Shown: in pieces, positions 36,153 through 47,530 of the stretch
Layout of the letters: every line of letters starts with the position of its first letter
Position numbering within the stretch: position 1 is the first letter of the stretch
NCBI RefSeq assembly: GCF_036365525.1
Contig: NC_090374.1
Location: forward strand, 15,107,168 to 15,171,167
Length of the DNA: 64,000 nucleotides
Reading direction: 5' to 3'
From: Heterodontus francisci
Lineage: Eukaryota
Notes under the pieces: model-generated
Seen by the model: the letters and a program-made list of their open reading frames with translations, nothing else
Databases searched by the model: none
What the model was told of the DNA's origin: nothing
Position numbers and translations under genes: made by a program

Positions 36153-37019
36153 AAGGTGGGCCGGAGGTGGCCAATGAGGAGGATGGTGGGGCCCAAGGCG
36201 GCTAATTAGGAGGCCGTTGAGGTAAAATTGCCAAGACAGACTCACTGCCGGCAAGTGCAGGCTTGGGAGCCGCTTTTCACCCCAACATTGGGTGTCATTG
36301 CGAAGCCCCGCAATAAAATTCAGCCCATTCTCCCCACACAGATACTGAGAATTTCTGATTTCCAGTATTTCATTTATGTAAATAAGTTTCATAGTCACAT
36401 TGGAACATCTGATTACTTATTACTTCCCTGGACTGATCTTGTAATTTAAATATGAAGCAAAGAACCAAATCCACTGCAAAACAAGTAGATTGGGGTTTTT
36501 TTAAAAAAAGAAAAGCAACCAGAAGAAAGTAGTTCTGGCACTGAACAGGTGAATAATGAAAGTGAGGGAACTAGACATTGACCAGCTCCCGGAACCATTC
36601 ACTGACTCCCCACTCGGGGCTTCCCCATTGATAAGTGCAACGTGGTGTCTGAATTCGGACTTTCCAAACTTGTATCTTCCCCCACCCCCCAGAGATTTTT
36701 TTAAAAATACACACAGAAACTTCCAGCAATGCTACAACTGTCCCTTAGAAAAAAAGCAATAAGAAAAGGTGTCATTTAATTTGTTCCAGCTGCTCACACA
36801 TAGGTCAAATCCCAGAGGATTCTACCCACAGAGGGAACGAGAATAAATTCCCCTTGGCAAAACAAAACAAGATCCCTTAAATTTAAATTAAAAGAAAAAA
36901 TTCCACAAACAGTCAGGTCAGGTTCAGCCTCTTTGGAGAGTTCAGTCAACTGCTGTGTTAACTCTGCACATTTGCTGGTGAGTGAGGACAGGACTGTCGC
37001 TTATTACACTTTTTGCAAC

Positions 37020-37135
37020 TGACTAGAGGAACTTACCCTTGAGAGAATGACACCAGTGAAGGAGGGACTTTCGGGACGCTTCACCATAACTCTGCTTTCG
37101 GTTATAAAGGAGGAAGCGACATGACTTCCTGGTTA
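37020..37135 (+). promoter_or_regulatory. candidate promoter of the Siglec-15-like gene (TATA, ETS/PU.1 and NF-kB-like sites)
   Basis: GAGGAACT 37026-37033; GGGACTTTCG 37064-37073; TATAAA 37103-37108; AGGAAG and ACTTCCTG within 37111-37131; 80 nt upstream of the leader ATG in a non-repetitive island. Confidence 0.55.
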
Positions 37136-37182
37136 TATTGTGAAAGAGAAAGACTTTGAGACGGCTTCTGCAGTGTGTAACG

Positions 37183-37234
37183 ATGAAAGCTCTATCCTTG
37201 CTGCTCCCAGTGCTGTTAGCTGTGCTAAGCTCCG
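37183..37234 (+). CDS. SIGLEC15: Siglec-15-like receptor, exon 1 (signal peptide MKALSLLLPVLLAVLSS)
   Basis: ATG, hydrophobic 17 codons plus 1 nt, donor G|GTATGT; phase 1 fits the V exon; link across 17.5 kb is inferred. Confidence 0.75.
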
Positions 37235-38519
37235 GTATGTATTTGTGACTGGGTCTCTGGAATTAACCGACCACTCATACAGCCTCGGAGACGGGCAGAG
37301 TAAACAAGGTATAGGGAGGGGATGTTCTGTTAGATTAGCTCAGTGACGCGCGTTTCGATCAAGAAAAAAAATTGAGTGTAGAAAGTTGGGAACATTCCCC
37401 TCTTTTCCCTTTTCTCTAATTCTGTTTGCTGTTCCTCTGTGATATCTTTCAGTTCTCAGGACTTTTTAAAGGGTGAAATTGTGAAGACGGGTTTCATAAA
37501 CTTGGCTTGTGTTCCCTCCAGTTTAAGGGTTGATTGAGGTTTTTGAATTGTTAAACGGGGGGGGGGGGGGGGGGGGGGTTTCTATGGGGGTGGATACCCA
37601 TCTGGTAGATCTTGGTGTCATATATGACCCCGAGATGAGTTTCCAAACACATTTTAGCCCCATCACTAAGACCACACATTTCCAGCTCTGTAACATCGCC
37701 GGACTTTGCCCCATCTCAGCACATCTCCTGCTGAACTCCTCATTCATGTCTTTGTTACCTCTAGACTTGTCTATTCCTGGCTGGTCTCCCACATTCTACC
37801 CCCTGTTGTCTGTGTCTTATCGCAGCAAGTCCCTTTCCCCTATCACCCCTGTGCTCGCTGACCTACACTGGGTCCCGTTCAAGCAGCGCCTTGATTTTTA
37901 CATTCTCAACCTTGTTTTCAAATCCCTCATGACCTCGCCCCTCCCATATCTCTGTCATCGCCTCCAGCCCCAAAACCCTCCCAGATATCTGTGCTAAAAT
38001 TAGAGGTAGGTCAGGCAGGAGTGAAATCAGGAAGCACTTTTTATACAAGAGGTCGTGGAAATCTGGAACTTACTCCTTCAAAAGGCTGAATGTTGGGGGA
38101 GGGGGGTGTCAATTGAAGCCTGCAAGACTGAGATTGATAGGTTCTGTTCAGGTAAGGTTATCGACGAATAATGTAGTCTCACTTGTATTATCTGCATAGG
38201 CAGTGTCTAACCTGCTGAGCGTTTGCTGTTTTTGTGTGAGATTGTGGAGAATTGGGGATTTTGGGTTAAAACTAACTATTTAATAAGGAAAAAGGCAGAG
38301 GAATCATTTCTGAGGAGCTAAGAGGTGGAGAGGCGTATAAAGAAATAGGAGCGAGAATAGGCCATGTGGCTCCTCTAGCTTGCTCCACCATTCAGTATTG
38401 ACCTGTACATGAGCTCCAGTTTCCCATCCTGTCCCCATATTCTCTTAGAGTCCAAAAATTTATCGATCTCAGCTTTGAATATACTCAATGACCAAGCATT
38501 CACAGGATTCCAAAGATTC

Positions 38520-41500
38520 TTTTTTTAAATTCATTCATGGGATGTAGGTGTCGCTGGCTAGGCCAGCATTTATTGCCCATCCCTAATTGCCCTTGAGAAG
38601 GTGGTGGTGAGCTGCCTTCTTGAACCGCTGAAGTCCATGTGGGGTAGGTACACCCACAGTGCTGTTAGGAAGGGAGTTCCAGCATTTTGACCCAGCGACA
38701 GTGAAGCAACGGCCGATATAGTTCCAAGTCAGGATGGTGTGTGACTTGGAGGGGAACTTGCAGGTGGTGGTATTCCCATGTATTTGTTGCCCTTGTCCTT
38801 CTAGTTGGTAGAGGTCGCAGGTTTGGAAGGTGCTGTCTAAGGAGCCTTGGTGCATTGCTGCAGTGCATCTTGTAGATGGTACACACTGCTGCCACTGTGC
38901 GTCAGTGGTGGAGGGAGTGAATGTTTGTAGATGGGGTGCCAATCAAGCGGGCTGCTTTCTCCTGGATGGTGTCGAGCTTCTTGAATGTTGTCGGAGCTGC
39001 ACCCATCCAGGTAATTGGAGAGTATTCCATCACACTCCTGACTTGTGCCTTCTAGATGGTGGACAGGCTTTGGGGAGTCAGGAGGTGAGTTACTCGTCTC
39101 AGGACGTCTAGCCTCTGACCTGCTCTTGTAGCCACGGTATTTATATGGCTACTCCAATTCAGTTTCTGGTCAATGGTAGCCCCGAGGATGTTGATAGTGG
39201 GGGATTCAGTAATGGTAATGCCGTTGAATGTCAAGGGGAGATGGTTAGATTCTCTCTTGTTGGAGATGGTCATTACCTGGCACTTGTGTGGCGTGAATGT
39301 TACTTGCCACTTATCAGCCCAAGCCTGGATATTGTCCAGGTCTTGCTGCATTTCTACATGGACTGCTTCAGTATCTGAGGAGTCAGGAATGGTGTTGAAC
39401 ATTGTGCAATCATCAGCGAACATCCCATTTCTGACCTCATGATTGAAGGAAGGTCATTGATGAAGCAGCTGAAGATGGTTGGGCCGAGGACACTACCCTG
39501 AGGAACTCCTGCAGTGATGTCCTGGATCTCAGATGATTGACCTCCAACAACTACAACCATCTTCCTTTGCGATAGGTATGACTCCAGCCAGCGGAGGGTT
39601 TTCCTCTGATTCCCATTGACCTCAGTTTTACTAGGGCTCCTTGATGCCATACTCGGTCAAATGCTGTCTTGATGTCAAGGGCAGTCACTCTCACCTCACC
39701 TCTTGAGTTCAGCTCTTTTGTCCATGTTCGAACCAAGGCTGTAATGAGGTCAGGAGCTGAGTGGCCCTGGCGGAACCCAAACTGAGTGTCACTGAGCAGG
39801 TTATTGCGAAGTAAGTGCCGCTTGATGGCACTGTTGATGACACCTTCCATCACTTTACTGATGGGCAGCACAGTGGCGCAGTGGTTAGCACTGCAGCCTC
39901 ACAGCTCCAGCAACCCGGGTTCAATTCTGGGTACTGCCTGTGTGGAGTTTGCAAGTTCTCCCTGTGTTTGCGTGGGTTTCCTTCGGGTGCTCCGGTTTCC
40001 TCCCACATGCCAAAGACTTGCAGGTTGATAGGTAAATTGGCCATTATAAATTGCCCCTAGTATAGGTAGGTGATAGGGAAATATAGGGACAGGTGGGGAT
40101 GTGGTAGGAATATGGAATTAGTGTAGGATTAGTATAAATGGGTGGTTGATGGTCGGCGCAGACTCAGTGGGCCGAAGGGCCTGTTTCAGTGCTGTATCTC
40201 TAAATAAATAAAAAAAAAATAAGTTGGCTGATGGGGCAGTAATTGGCCGGGTTGGACTTGTCCTGCTTTTTGTGCACAGGACCTACCTGGGCAATTTTCC
40301 ACATTGCAGGGTAGATGCCAGTGTTGTAGCTGTACTGGAACAGCTTGGCTAGGGGCGCGGCAAGTTCTGGAGCACAGGTCTTCAGTACAATTGTCACGGC
40401 CCATAGCCTTTGCAGTGTCCAGTTACTTCAGTTGTTTCTTGATATCACGCAGAGTGAATCGAATTGGCTGAAGTCTGGCATCTGTGATACTGGGGACTTC
40501 AGGAGGAGGCCAAGATAGATCATCAATTCGGCACTTCTGGCTGAAGATTGTTGCAAATGCTTCAGACTTATCTTTCGCACTGATGTGCTGGGCTCCCCCA
40601 TCATTTGAGGATGGGAATATTTGTGGAGCCACCTCCTCCAGTTAGTTGTTTAATTGTCCACCACCATTCACGGCTGGATGTGGCAGGACTGCAGAGCTTA
40701 GATCTGATCCGTTGGTTATGGGATTGCTTAGCTCTGTCTATCGCATGCTGCTTACGCAGTTTGGCACGCAGATAGTCCTGTGTTGTAGCTTCACCAGGTT
40801 GACACCTCATTTTGAGGTATGCCTGGTGCTCCTGGCATGCCCTCCTGCACTCTTCATTAAACCAAGGTTGGTCTCCTGGCTTGATGGTAATGGTAGAGAG
40901 GGGGATATGTCGGGCCATGAGGTTACAGATTGTGGATGAGTACAATTCTGCTGCTGCTGATGGCCCACAGCGCCTCATGGATGCCCAGTTTTCCATTGCT
41001 AGATCTGTTCGAAATCTATCCCATTTAGCACGGTGATAGTGCCACACAACACGATGGAGGGTATCCTCAATGTGAAGGCGGGACTTCGTCTCCACAAGGA
41101 CTGTGCGGTGGTCACTCCTACCAATACTGTCATGGACAGTTGCATCTGCAGCAGGCAGATTGGTGAGGACGAGGTCAAGTATGTTTTCCCCTCTTGTTGG
41201 TTCCCCCACCACCTGCTGCAGACCCAGTCTAGCAGATATGTCCTTTAGGACTCGGCCAGCTCAGTCAGTAGTAGTGCTACCGAGCCACTCTTGGTGATGG
41301 ACATTGAAGTCCCCCACCCAGCGTACATTTTGTGCCCTTGCCACCCTCAGTGCTTCCTCCAAGTGCTGTTCAACATGGAGAAGTACTGACTGATCAGCTG
41401 AGGGAGGTAGGTGGTAATCAGCAGGAGGTTTCCTTGTCCATGTTTGACCTGATGCCATGAGACTTCATGGGGTCCAGAGTCGATGTTGAGGACACCCAGG

Positions 41501-42150
41501 GCAACTCCCTCCTTACTGTATACCACTGTGCCACCACCTCTGGTGGGTCTATCCTGCTGGTGGGACAGGACATACCCGGGGGTGGTGATGGCAGTGTCTG
41601 AGACATTGTCTGTAAGGTATGATTCCGTGAGTATGACTATGTCAGGCTGTTGCTTGACTAGTCTGTGTCACAGCTCTCCCAACTTTGGCACAAGCCCCCA
41701 GATGTTAGTCAGGAGGACTTTGCAGGGTCGACATGGCTGGGTTTGCCGTTGTTGTTTCCGGTGCCTAGGTCGATGCCGGGTGTCCGTCCGGTTTCATTCC
41801 TTTTTATTGACTTGGTAGCAGTTAGATACAACTGAGTGGCTTGCTAGGCCATTTTAGAGGACATGTAAGAGTCAACCACATTGCTGTGGGTCTGGAGTCA
41901 CATGTAGGCCAGACCAGGTAAGGACAGCAGATTTCCTTCCCTAAAGGACATTAGTGAACCAGATGGGTTTTTACAACAATCGACAATGGTTTCATGGCCA
42001 TCATTAGACTAGCTTTTTAATTCCAGATTTATTAATTGAATTCAAATTCCACCTTCTGCTGTGGTGGGATTTGAACCCATGTTCCCAGGGCAATACCTTG
42101 GTTCTCTGGGTTACTAGTCCAGTGACAATACCACTGCGCCATTGCCTCCT
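38520..42150 (-). mobile_element. LINE X: tRNA-headed, single-ORF (APE+RT) CR1-group LINE, full length but frameshifted
   Basis: A box TGGCGCAGTGG (42141-42131); B box GGTTCAAATCC (42077-42067); APE KVLLTNIWGL..PDIVILTES..GDFN..ILDLVLT..SDH; RT ALDIKTAFD, GVPQGSVLGP, FADD; tail (ATGA)n plus A-run; host CR1 fragment continues on both sides. Confidence 0.85.
39863..40219 (+). mobile_element. full-length V-SINE (HE1-like) inserted in LINE X
   Basis: GGGCAGCACAGTGGCGCAGTGG head, V-domain, CR1-like tail, TAAA/A end. Confidence 0.9.
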
Positions 42151-43832
42151 CTTTGAGTGAAGAAATATCTCCTCATCTCAGTCCTAAATAGTCGACCCCT
42201 GATTTCAAGACTGTGTGACCCCTAGTCCTAGAATTTCCAGCCAAGGAAAACAGCCTCTCAGGATCCAACCTGTTAAGTCCTCCAAGAATTTTACGTACTT
42301 CAGTGGTTTTGAACAATAAAGAGTCAGGGTGTGAAGCTACCCGGCCGGTTTCATACCAATCTATGAAGAGGTTGATTCAAAGCCCTCAGGCCCTTCCTCA
42401 TTGCAATGTTAGAAGTGTTTGCTCATGGCTTCATCAATGGAATGTATAGTATGAACTGGAGAATGTCCCTAAATTGTTTGCGTACTGCGTCTTGTTGAGA
42501 ACCCCTGATTTTATCTCATTCTTGCTGAAACCCTAACTGAGCCTCACCTTCTGTCTGTCTCCAAGACTATTTCTGCCTCTGAAGCTCAGTCCTCTCTATT
42601 CCCCTCCCATTCACATCTGAAACCTTTAACCATGCTTTATCTACTTTGAGGCATGATTTCCCCAGTATCCTGGTGTTTGGGCACTGAGTCAGATCTGCCA
42701 CCAACTCCACTGAACATTCAACCTGTCCAAGACTCTACCATGGAAAGGATGTGAAGGATGAGAAGAGGGTACAGAGAATATTTACTAGAATGGTACCAGG
42801 GAAGAGGGAGTTCAGTTCCACGGAGAGACTAGGATTATTCTTCTTACAGCAGAGAGGTTTAAGGTGAGATTTAATAGAAGGGTCCAAAATTATGAAGGGT
42901 TTTGAGAGGGTAAATAGGGTAAAGCTGTTTCCACTGGCAGATGGATCAGTAACTGGAGAACACAGATATTTGCCAAAAAAGGCTGTGGGTGGAGTTGTTG
43001 GGGGGGGGGGGGGGGTGGGGGAGATGAGGTAATTGGATATATAATTAAAAAGGAAAAGATTTGCAAGGTTATATTGAAAGAGTGGAATAAATTGAATAGT
43101 TCAGGGAGGTGGTACAGGGATGATGGGCTGAATGGCCTCTTTCTGTAGGACTTATTGTGCTACCTTCTGTGTCTCCCATTGCATCCCGTTCAATCATCAT
43201 CCTTTTCCTTAGACTTTCAAAGTACTTAATTGGCTGGAAAGTACTTTGGGACATCCTGAGGTGGTGAAAGGTGCTATATAAATGCAAGTCTTCCTTTCCT
43301 TAGTGACCCTGTTCCCCCAACATGCCAAATTCAAAGTCCTCGAGCTTGTTCACTGATCCCTCCATCACCTCCCTGGCTCTGCCAACTATTCCAACCTTCC
43401 ACCAGTCTGCACCCCTTTGATTGCCCTACCTCCACTGACCTCCTACTAACCCCATCCACCCTCCCTTTGTTTCACTAACAAAGGGGGGGAACTTCAGCCG
43501 CCTCAGCCCGACCGAATCCCCTCCACCTCTGCTCAAAAGCCTTCCCAAACCTACCTTTTGGACCTAAGATTTTAACATCTCTGCAATTCTTCAGCTACTG
43601 CTCAGTATCTGTGGTTCTGCTGTGAAACACTTTGGGAAATTCCACAGTATTGACACAGTAAAACTGCAGATTAATGAGTTCCCTTTCCATCCTTGTAATT
43701 CCCACATGAATGTTGTTAAACTGCACAGTTTATTTCTTCCTTTATATAGCATTTCCACCCTGTTTTATGGGATTACATCTGGTTGGTGTGTGTACACGAA
43801 ATGTATACTATTGAATAGTCTAAGCCTATAGT

Positions 43833-46032
43833 CTCTAATGAAGAGCTGGAACCTGTCATAGCCGCTAAGCGCATTGCACTGTTGAACTACAAGAAAGCCC
43901 CCAGCGATTTAACATCCGCAGCACTTAAAGCAGCCAGAAGCACTGCACAAAGAACAGCCAGGCGCTGTGCAAACGACTACTGGCAACACCTATGCAGTCA
44001 TATTCAGCTGGACTCAGACACCGGAAACATCAGAGGAATGTATGATGGCATGAAGAGAGCTCTTGGGCCAACCATCAAGAAGATCGCCCCCCTCAAATCT
44101 AAATCAGGGGACATAATCACTGACCAACGCAAACAAATGGACCGCTGGGTTGAGCACTACCTAGAACTGTACTCCAGGGAGAATGCTGTCACTGAGACTG
44201 CCCTCAATGCAGCCCAGCCTCTACCAGTCATGGATGAGCTGGACATACAGCCAACCAAATCGGAACTCAGTGATGCCATTGATTCTCTAGCCAGCAGAAA
44301 AGCCCCTGGGAAGGACAGCATTACCCCTGAAATAATCAAGAGTGCCAAGCCTGCTATACTCTCAGCACTACATGAACTGCTTTGCCTGTGCTGGGACGAG
44401 GGAGCAGTACCACAGGACATGCGCGATGCCAATATCATCACCCTCTATAAAAACAAAGGTGACTGCAACAACTACCGTGGAATCTCCCTGCTCAGCATAG
44501 TGGGGAAAGTCTTTGCTCGAGTCCTGCTGAACAGGCTCCAGAAGCTGGCCGAGCGCGTCTACCCAGAGGCACAGTATGGCTTTCGTGCAGAGAGATCGAC
44601 CGTTGACATGCTGTTCTCCCTTCGTCAGATACAGGAGAAATGCCGTGAACAACAGATGCCCCTCTACATTGCTTTCATTGATCTCACCAAAGCCTTTGAC
44701 CTCGTCAGCAGACGTGGTCTCTTCAGACTACTAGAAAAGATTGGATGCCCACCAAAGCTACTAAGTATCATCACCTCATTCCATGACAATATGAAAGGCA
44801 CAATTCAACATGGTGGCTCCTCATCAGAGCCCTTTCCTATCCTGAGTGGCGTGAAACAGGGCTGTGTTCTCGCACCCACACTTTTTGGGATTTTCTTCTC
44901 CCTGCTGCTTTCACATGCGTTCAAGTGCTCTGAAGAAGGAATTTTCCTCCACACAAGATCAGGGGGCAGGTTGTTCAACCTTGCCCGTCTAAGAGCCAAG
45001 TCCAAAGTACGGAAAGTCCTCATCAGGGAACTCCTCTTTGCTGACGATGCTGCTTTAACATCTCACACTGAAGAGTGCCTGCAGAGTCTCATCGACAGGT
45101 TTGCGGCTGCCTGCAATGAATTTGGCCTAACCATCAGCCTCAAGAAAACGAACATCATGGGGCAGGACGTCAGAAATGCTCCATCCATCAATATTGGCGA
45201 CCACGCTCTGGAAGTGGTTCAAGAGTTCACCTACCTAGGCTCAACTATCACCAGTAACCTGTCTCTAGATTCAGAAATCAACAAGCGCATGGGTAAGGCT
45301 TCCACTGCTATGTCCAGACTGGCCAAGAGAGTGTGGGAAAATGGTGCACTGACACGGAACACAAAAGTCCGAGTGTATCAGGCCTGTGTCCTCAGTACCT
45401 TGCTCTATGGCAGCGAGGCCTGGACAATGTATGCCAGCCAAGAGCGACGTCTCAATTCATTCCATCTTTGCTGCCTCCGGAGAATACTTGGCATCAGGTG
45501 GCAGGACTATATCTCCAACACAGAAGTCCTTGAAGCGGCCAACATCCCCAGCTTATACACACTACTGAGTCAGCGGCGCTTGGGATGGCTTGGCCATGTG
45601 AGCCGCATGGAAGATGGCAGGATCCCCAAAGACACATTGTACAGCAAGCTCGCCACTGGTATCAGACCCACCGGCCGTCCACGTCTCCGCTTTAAAGACG
45701 TCTGCAAACGCGACATGAAATCCTGTGACATTGATCACAAGTTGTGGGAGTCAGTTGCCAGCATTCGCCAGAGCTGGCGGGCAGCCATAAAGGCAGGGCT
45801 AAAATGTGGCGAGTCGAAGAGACTTAGTAGTTGGCAGGAAAAAAGACAGAGGCGCAAGGGGAGAGCCAACTGTGTAACAGCCCCGACAAACAAATTTCTC
45901 TGCAGCACCTGTGGAAGAGCCTGTCACTCTAGAATTGGCATTTATAGCCACTCCAGGCGCTGCTTCACAAACCACTGACCACCTCCAGGCGCTTACCCAT
46001 TGTCTCTCGAGATAAGGAGGCCCAAAAGAAAG
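43833..46032 (+). mobile_element. 5'-truncated RTE-clade LINE
   Basis: Uninterrupted RT frame; same 3' end and AAAG tail as 17329-18158. Confidence 0.93.
43882..45978 (+). CDS. RTE reverse transcriptase with C-terminal zinc finger (698 aa, lacks the APE N-terminus)
   Basis: NYRGISLL, FIDLTKAFD, GVKQGCVLAP, LFADD, FTYLGS, CSTCGRACHSRIGIYSH. Confidence 0.85.
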   Translation: MNYKKAPSDLTSAALKAARSTAQRTARRCANDYWQHLCSHIQLDSDTGNIRGMYDGMKRALGPTIKKIAPLKSKSGDIITDQRKQMDRWVEHYLELYSRENAVTETALNAAQPLPVMDELDIQPTKSELSDAIDSLASRKAPGKDSITPEIIKSAKPAILSALHELLCLCWDEGAVPQDMRDANIITLYKNKGDCNNYRGISLLSIVGKVFARVLLNRLQKLAERVYPEAQYGFRAERSTVDMLFSLRQIQEKCREQQMPLYIAFIDLTKAFDLVSRRGLFRLLEKIGCPPKLLSIITSFHDNMKGTIQHGGSSSEPFPILSGVKQGCVLAPTLFGIFFSLLLSHAFKCSEEGIFLHTRSGGRLFNLARLRAKSKVRKVLIRELLFADDAALTSHTEECLQSLIDRFAAACNEFGLTISLKKTNIMGQDVRNAPSINIGDHALEVVQEFTYLGSTITSNLSLDSEINKRMGKASTAMSRLAKRVWENGALTRNTKVRVYQACVLSTLLYGSEAWTMYASQERRLNSFHLCCLRRILGIRWQDYISNTEVLEAANIPSLYTLLSQRRLGWLGHVSRMEDGRIPKDTLYSKLATGIRPTGRPRLRFKDVCKRDMKSCDIDHKLWESVASIRQSWRAAIKAGLKCGESKRLSSWQEKRQRRKGRANCVTAPTNKFLCSTCGRACHSRIGIYSHSRRCFTNH

Positions 46033-47045
46033 AGTGTCTAGAGTTCAGAAGAATGACCTCATAGAAACAGATATGATTCAGAGAGGGTTTGATAGGATAG
46101 ATGCTGGGAAGCTGTTTCCCCTGATCAGTCTTGGAATAAGGCATCTGCCATTTAGGACTGAGATGCAGAGAAATTTCTTCGCTTAGAGGATTATGAATCA
46201 TTGGAATTCTCTATCCCAGAGAGAAGTGGATGCTCCCACATTGAGTATGTTCAACACTGCGATTGATAGATTTCTGGACTCTTAGGGGATCCAGGATAGG
46301 GCGATAAATCAAAGAGGTGCAGCTGAGGTTGACATGATTGTACTGAATGGTGGAGCAGACTCGAAGGGCCGAATGGCCAACTCCTTCTCCTGTTTCTTAT
46401 GTTCTTGTGTATAATAAGCAGTGATAGAGGTGGGGAAGCCCCACCATAACTCATGAAAAAATTTGGCCATTACTTTATGGTGACTGCATTATTTAAATTC
46501 CGTGGGATTCCAGAAATGTGTTCAGAGATTTGGGGTTTTTATTCTGTAATTTCACCCTCTTGAAAACCACAAACTAGAGGTCAGGTCACATGCCAGGATT
46601 TGATAATAAATGAAATGCGTTGAGTGTTGTGTAGGCTGTGTATGTATCACATGACTGCAACACAACCCCCTACTTCCCATTGCTCGTTCTCACAATGTGA
46701 GGAATACAGAAATGTGTTGTGGCTTAACCACAATGAAGGAAATCTCCAGGATTAAGTTCCAGTCTTATTCTTGCCTTATGATTCATCAGAGTGAGAATCA
46801 TGCAGCTCAGAAGGAGAACATTCAACCCATCATGCCAATCATAGAATAGTTACCACACAGGAGGAGGCCATTCAGCCTGGTGTGTCTATGCTTGCCCTCT
46901 GCAAGAGCAAGTCACCTAGTCCCACTCCCTTGCCACTTCCCAGTAGCGCTGCAGAGTTTTTTCTCTTCATTAACTTATCCAATTCTCTATTGAATAACAC
47001 GATTAAATCTGCCTCCACCACACTCTCAGGCAGTGCAACCCAGAT

Positions 47046-47530
47046 ACAGCACAGAAACAGGCCTTTCGGCCCACCGTGTCCGTGCCAGCCATCAAGCCTA
47101 TCTATTCTAATCCCATTTTCCAGCACTTGGCCCGTAACCTTGTATGCTATGGCGTTTCAAGTGCTCATCTAAATACCTCTTAAATGTTGTGAGGGTTCCT
47201 GCCTCTACCACCCCTTCAGGCAGTGTGTTCCAGGTTCCAACCACCCTCTGGGTGAAAAATCTTTTCCTCAAATCCCCTGTAAACCTCCTGCCCCTTACCT
47301 TAAATCTATGCCCCCTGGTTATTGACCCCTCTGCTAAGGGAAAAAGTTTCCTCCTATCTACCCTATCTATGCCCCTCATAATTTTGTATACCTCAATCAT
47401 GTCCCCTCTCAACCTTCTCTGCTCCAAGAAAAACAACCCTAGCCTTTGCAGTCTCTCTTCATAGCTGAAATGCTCCAGCCCAGGCAACATCTTGGTGAAT
47501 CTGCTCGGCACCCTCTCCAGTTCAATCACA
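47046..47530 (-). mobile_element. CR1 3' fragment
   Basis: ORF 47107-47529 LEQRRLRGDMIEVYKIM..FFTQRVVGTWNTLP. Confidence 0.9.

Larger units (their letters stand above)
34378..36215. repeat. ~30-33-bp degenerate minisatellite with GCCAATTAGGAG core, interrupted by CR1 and LINE X insertions
   Basis: About 15 units at 34378-34870; further units at 35790-35870 and 36155-36215. Confidence 0.85.
32624..36326. mobile_element. putative non-autonomous TIR (Harbinger-like) element with nested CR1/LINE insertions
   Basis: Imperfect TIRs TGGCTGAATTCTA...TAAAATTCAGCCC; GC-rich internal segments 32640-32800, 33840-34400 and 36155-36320. Confidence 0.4.

Noticed and set aside
37121-37159. Upstream ATG as the gene start
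   Set aside because: It gives 12 codons then TGA and lies only ~18 nt after the TATA box; the ATG at 37183 gives a proper signal peptide.
41830-42060. Calling the family X body a Deu domain
   Set aside because: The recalled Deu core (GGATGAGACGTTAAACCGAGG) occurs in a different SINE (30170-30515), not here, so the body is left unnamed.
42050-42150. Functional tRNA gene (also SINE heads at 313, 1370, 23722 and 39863)
   Set aside because: No clean acceptor stem or downstream T-run terminator; each continues into a repeat body.
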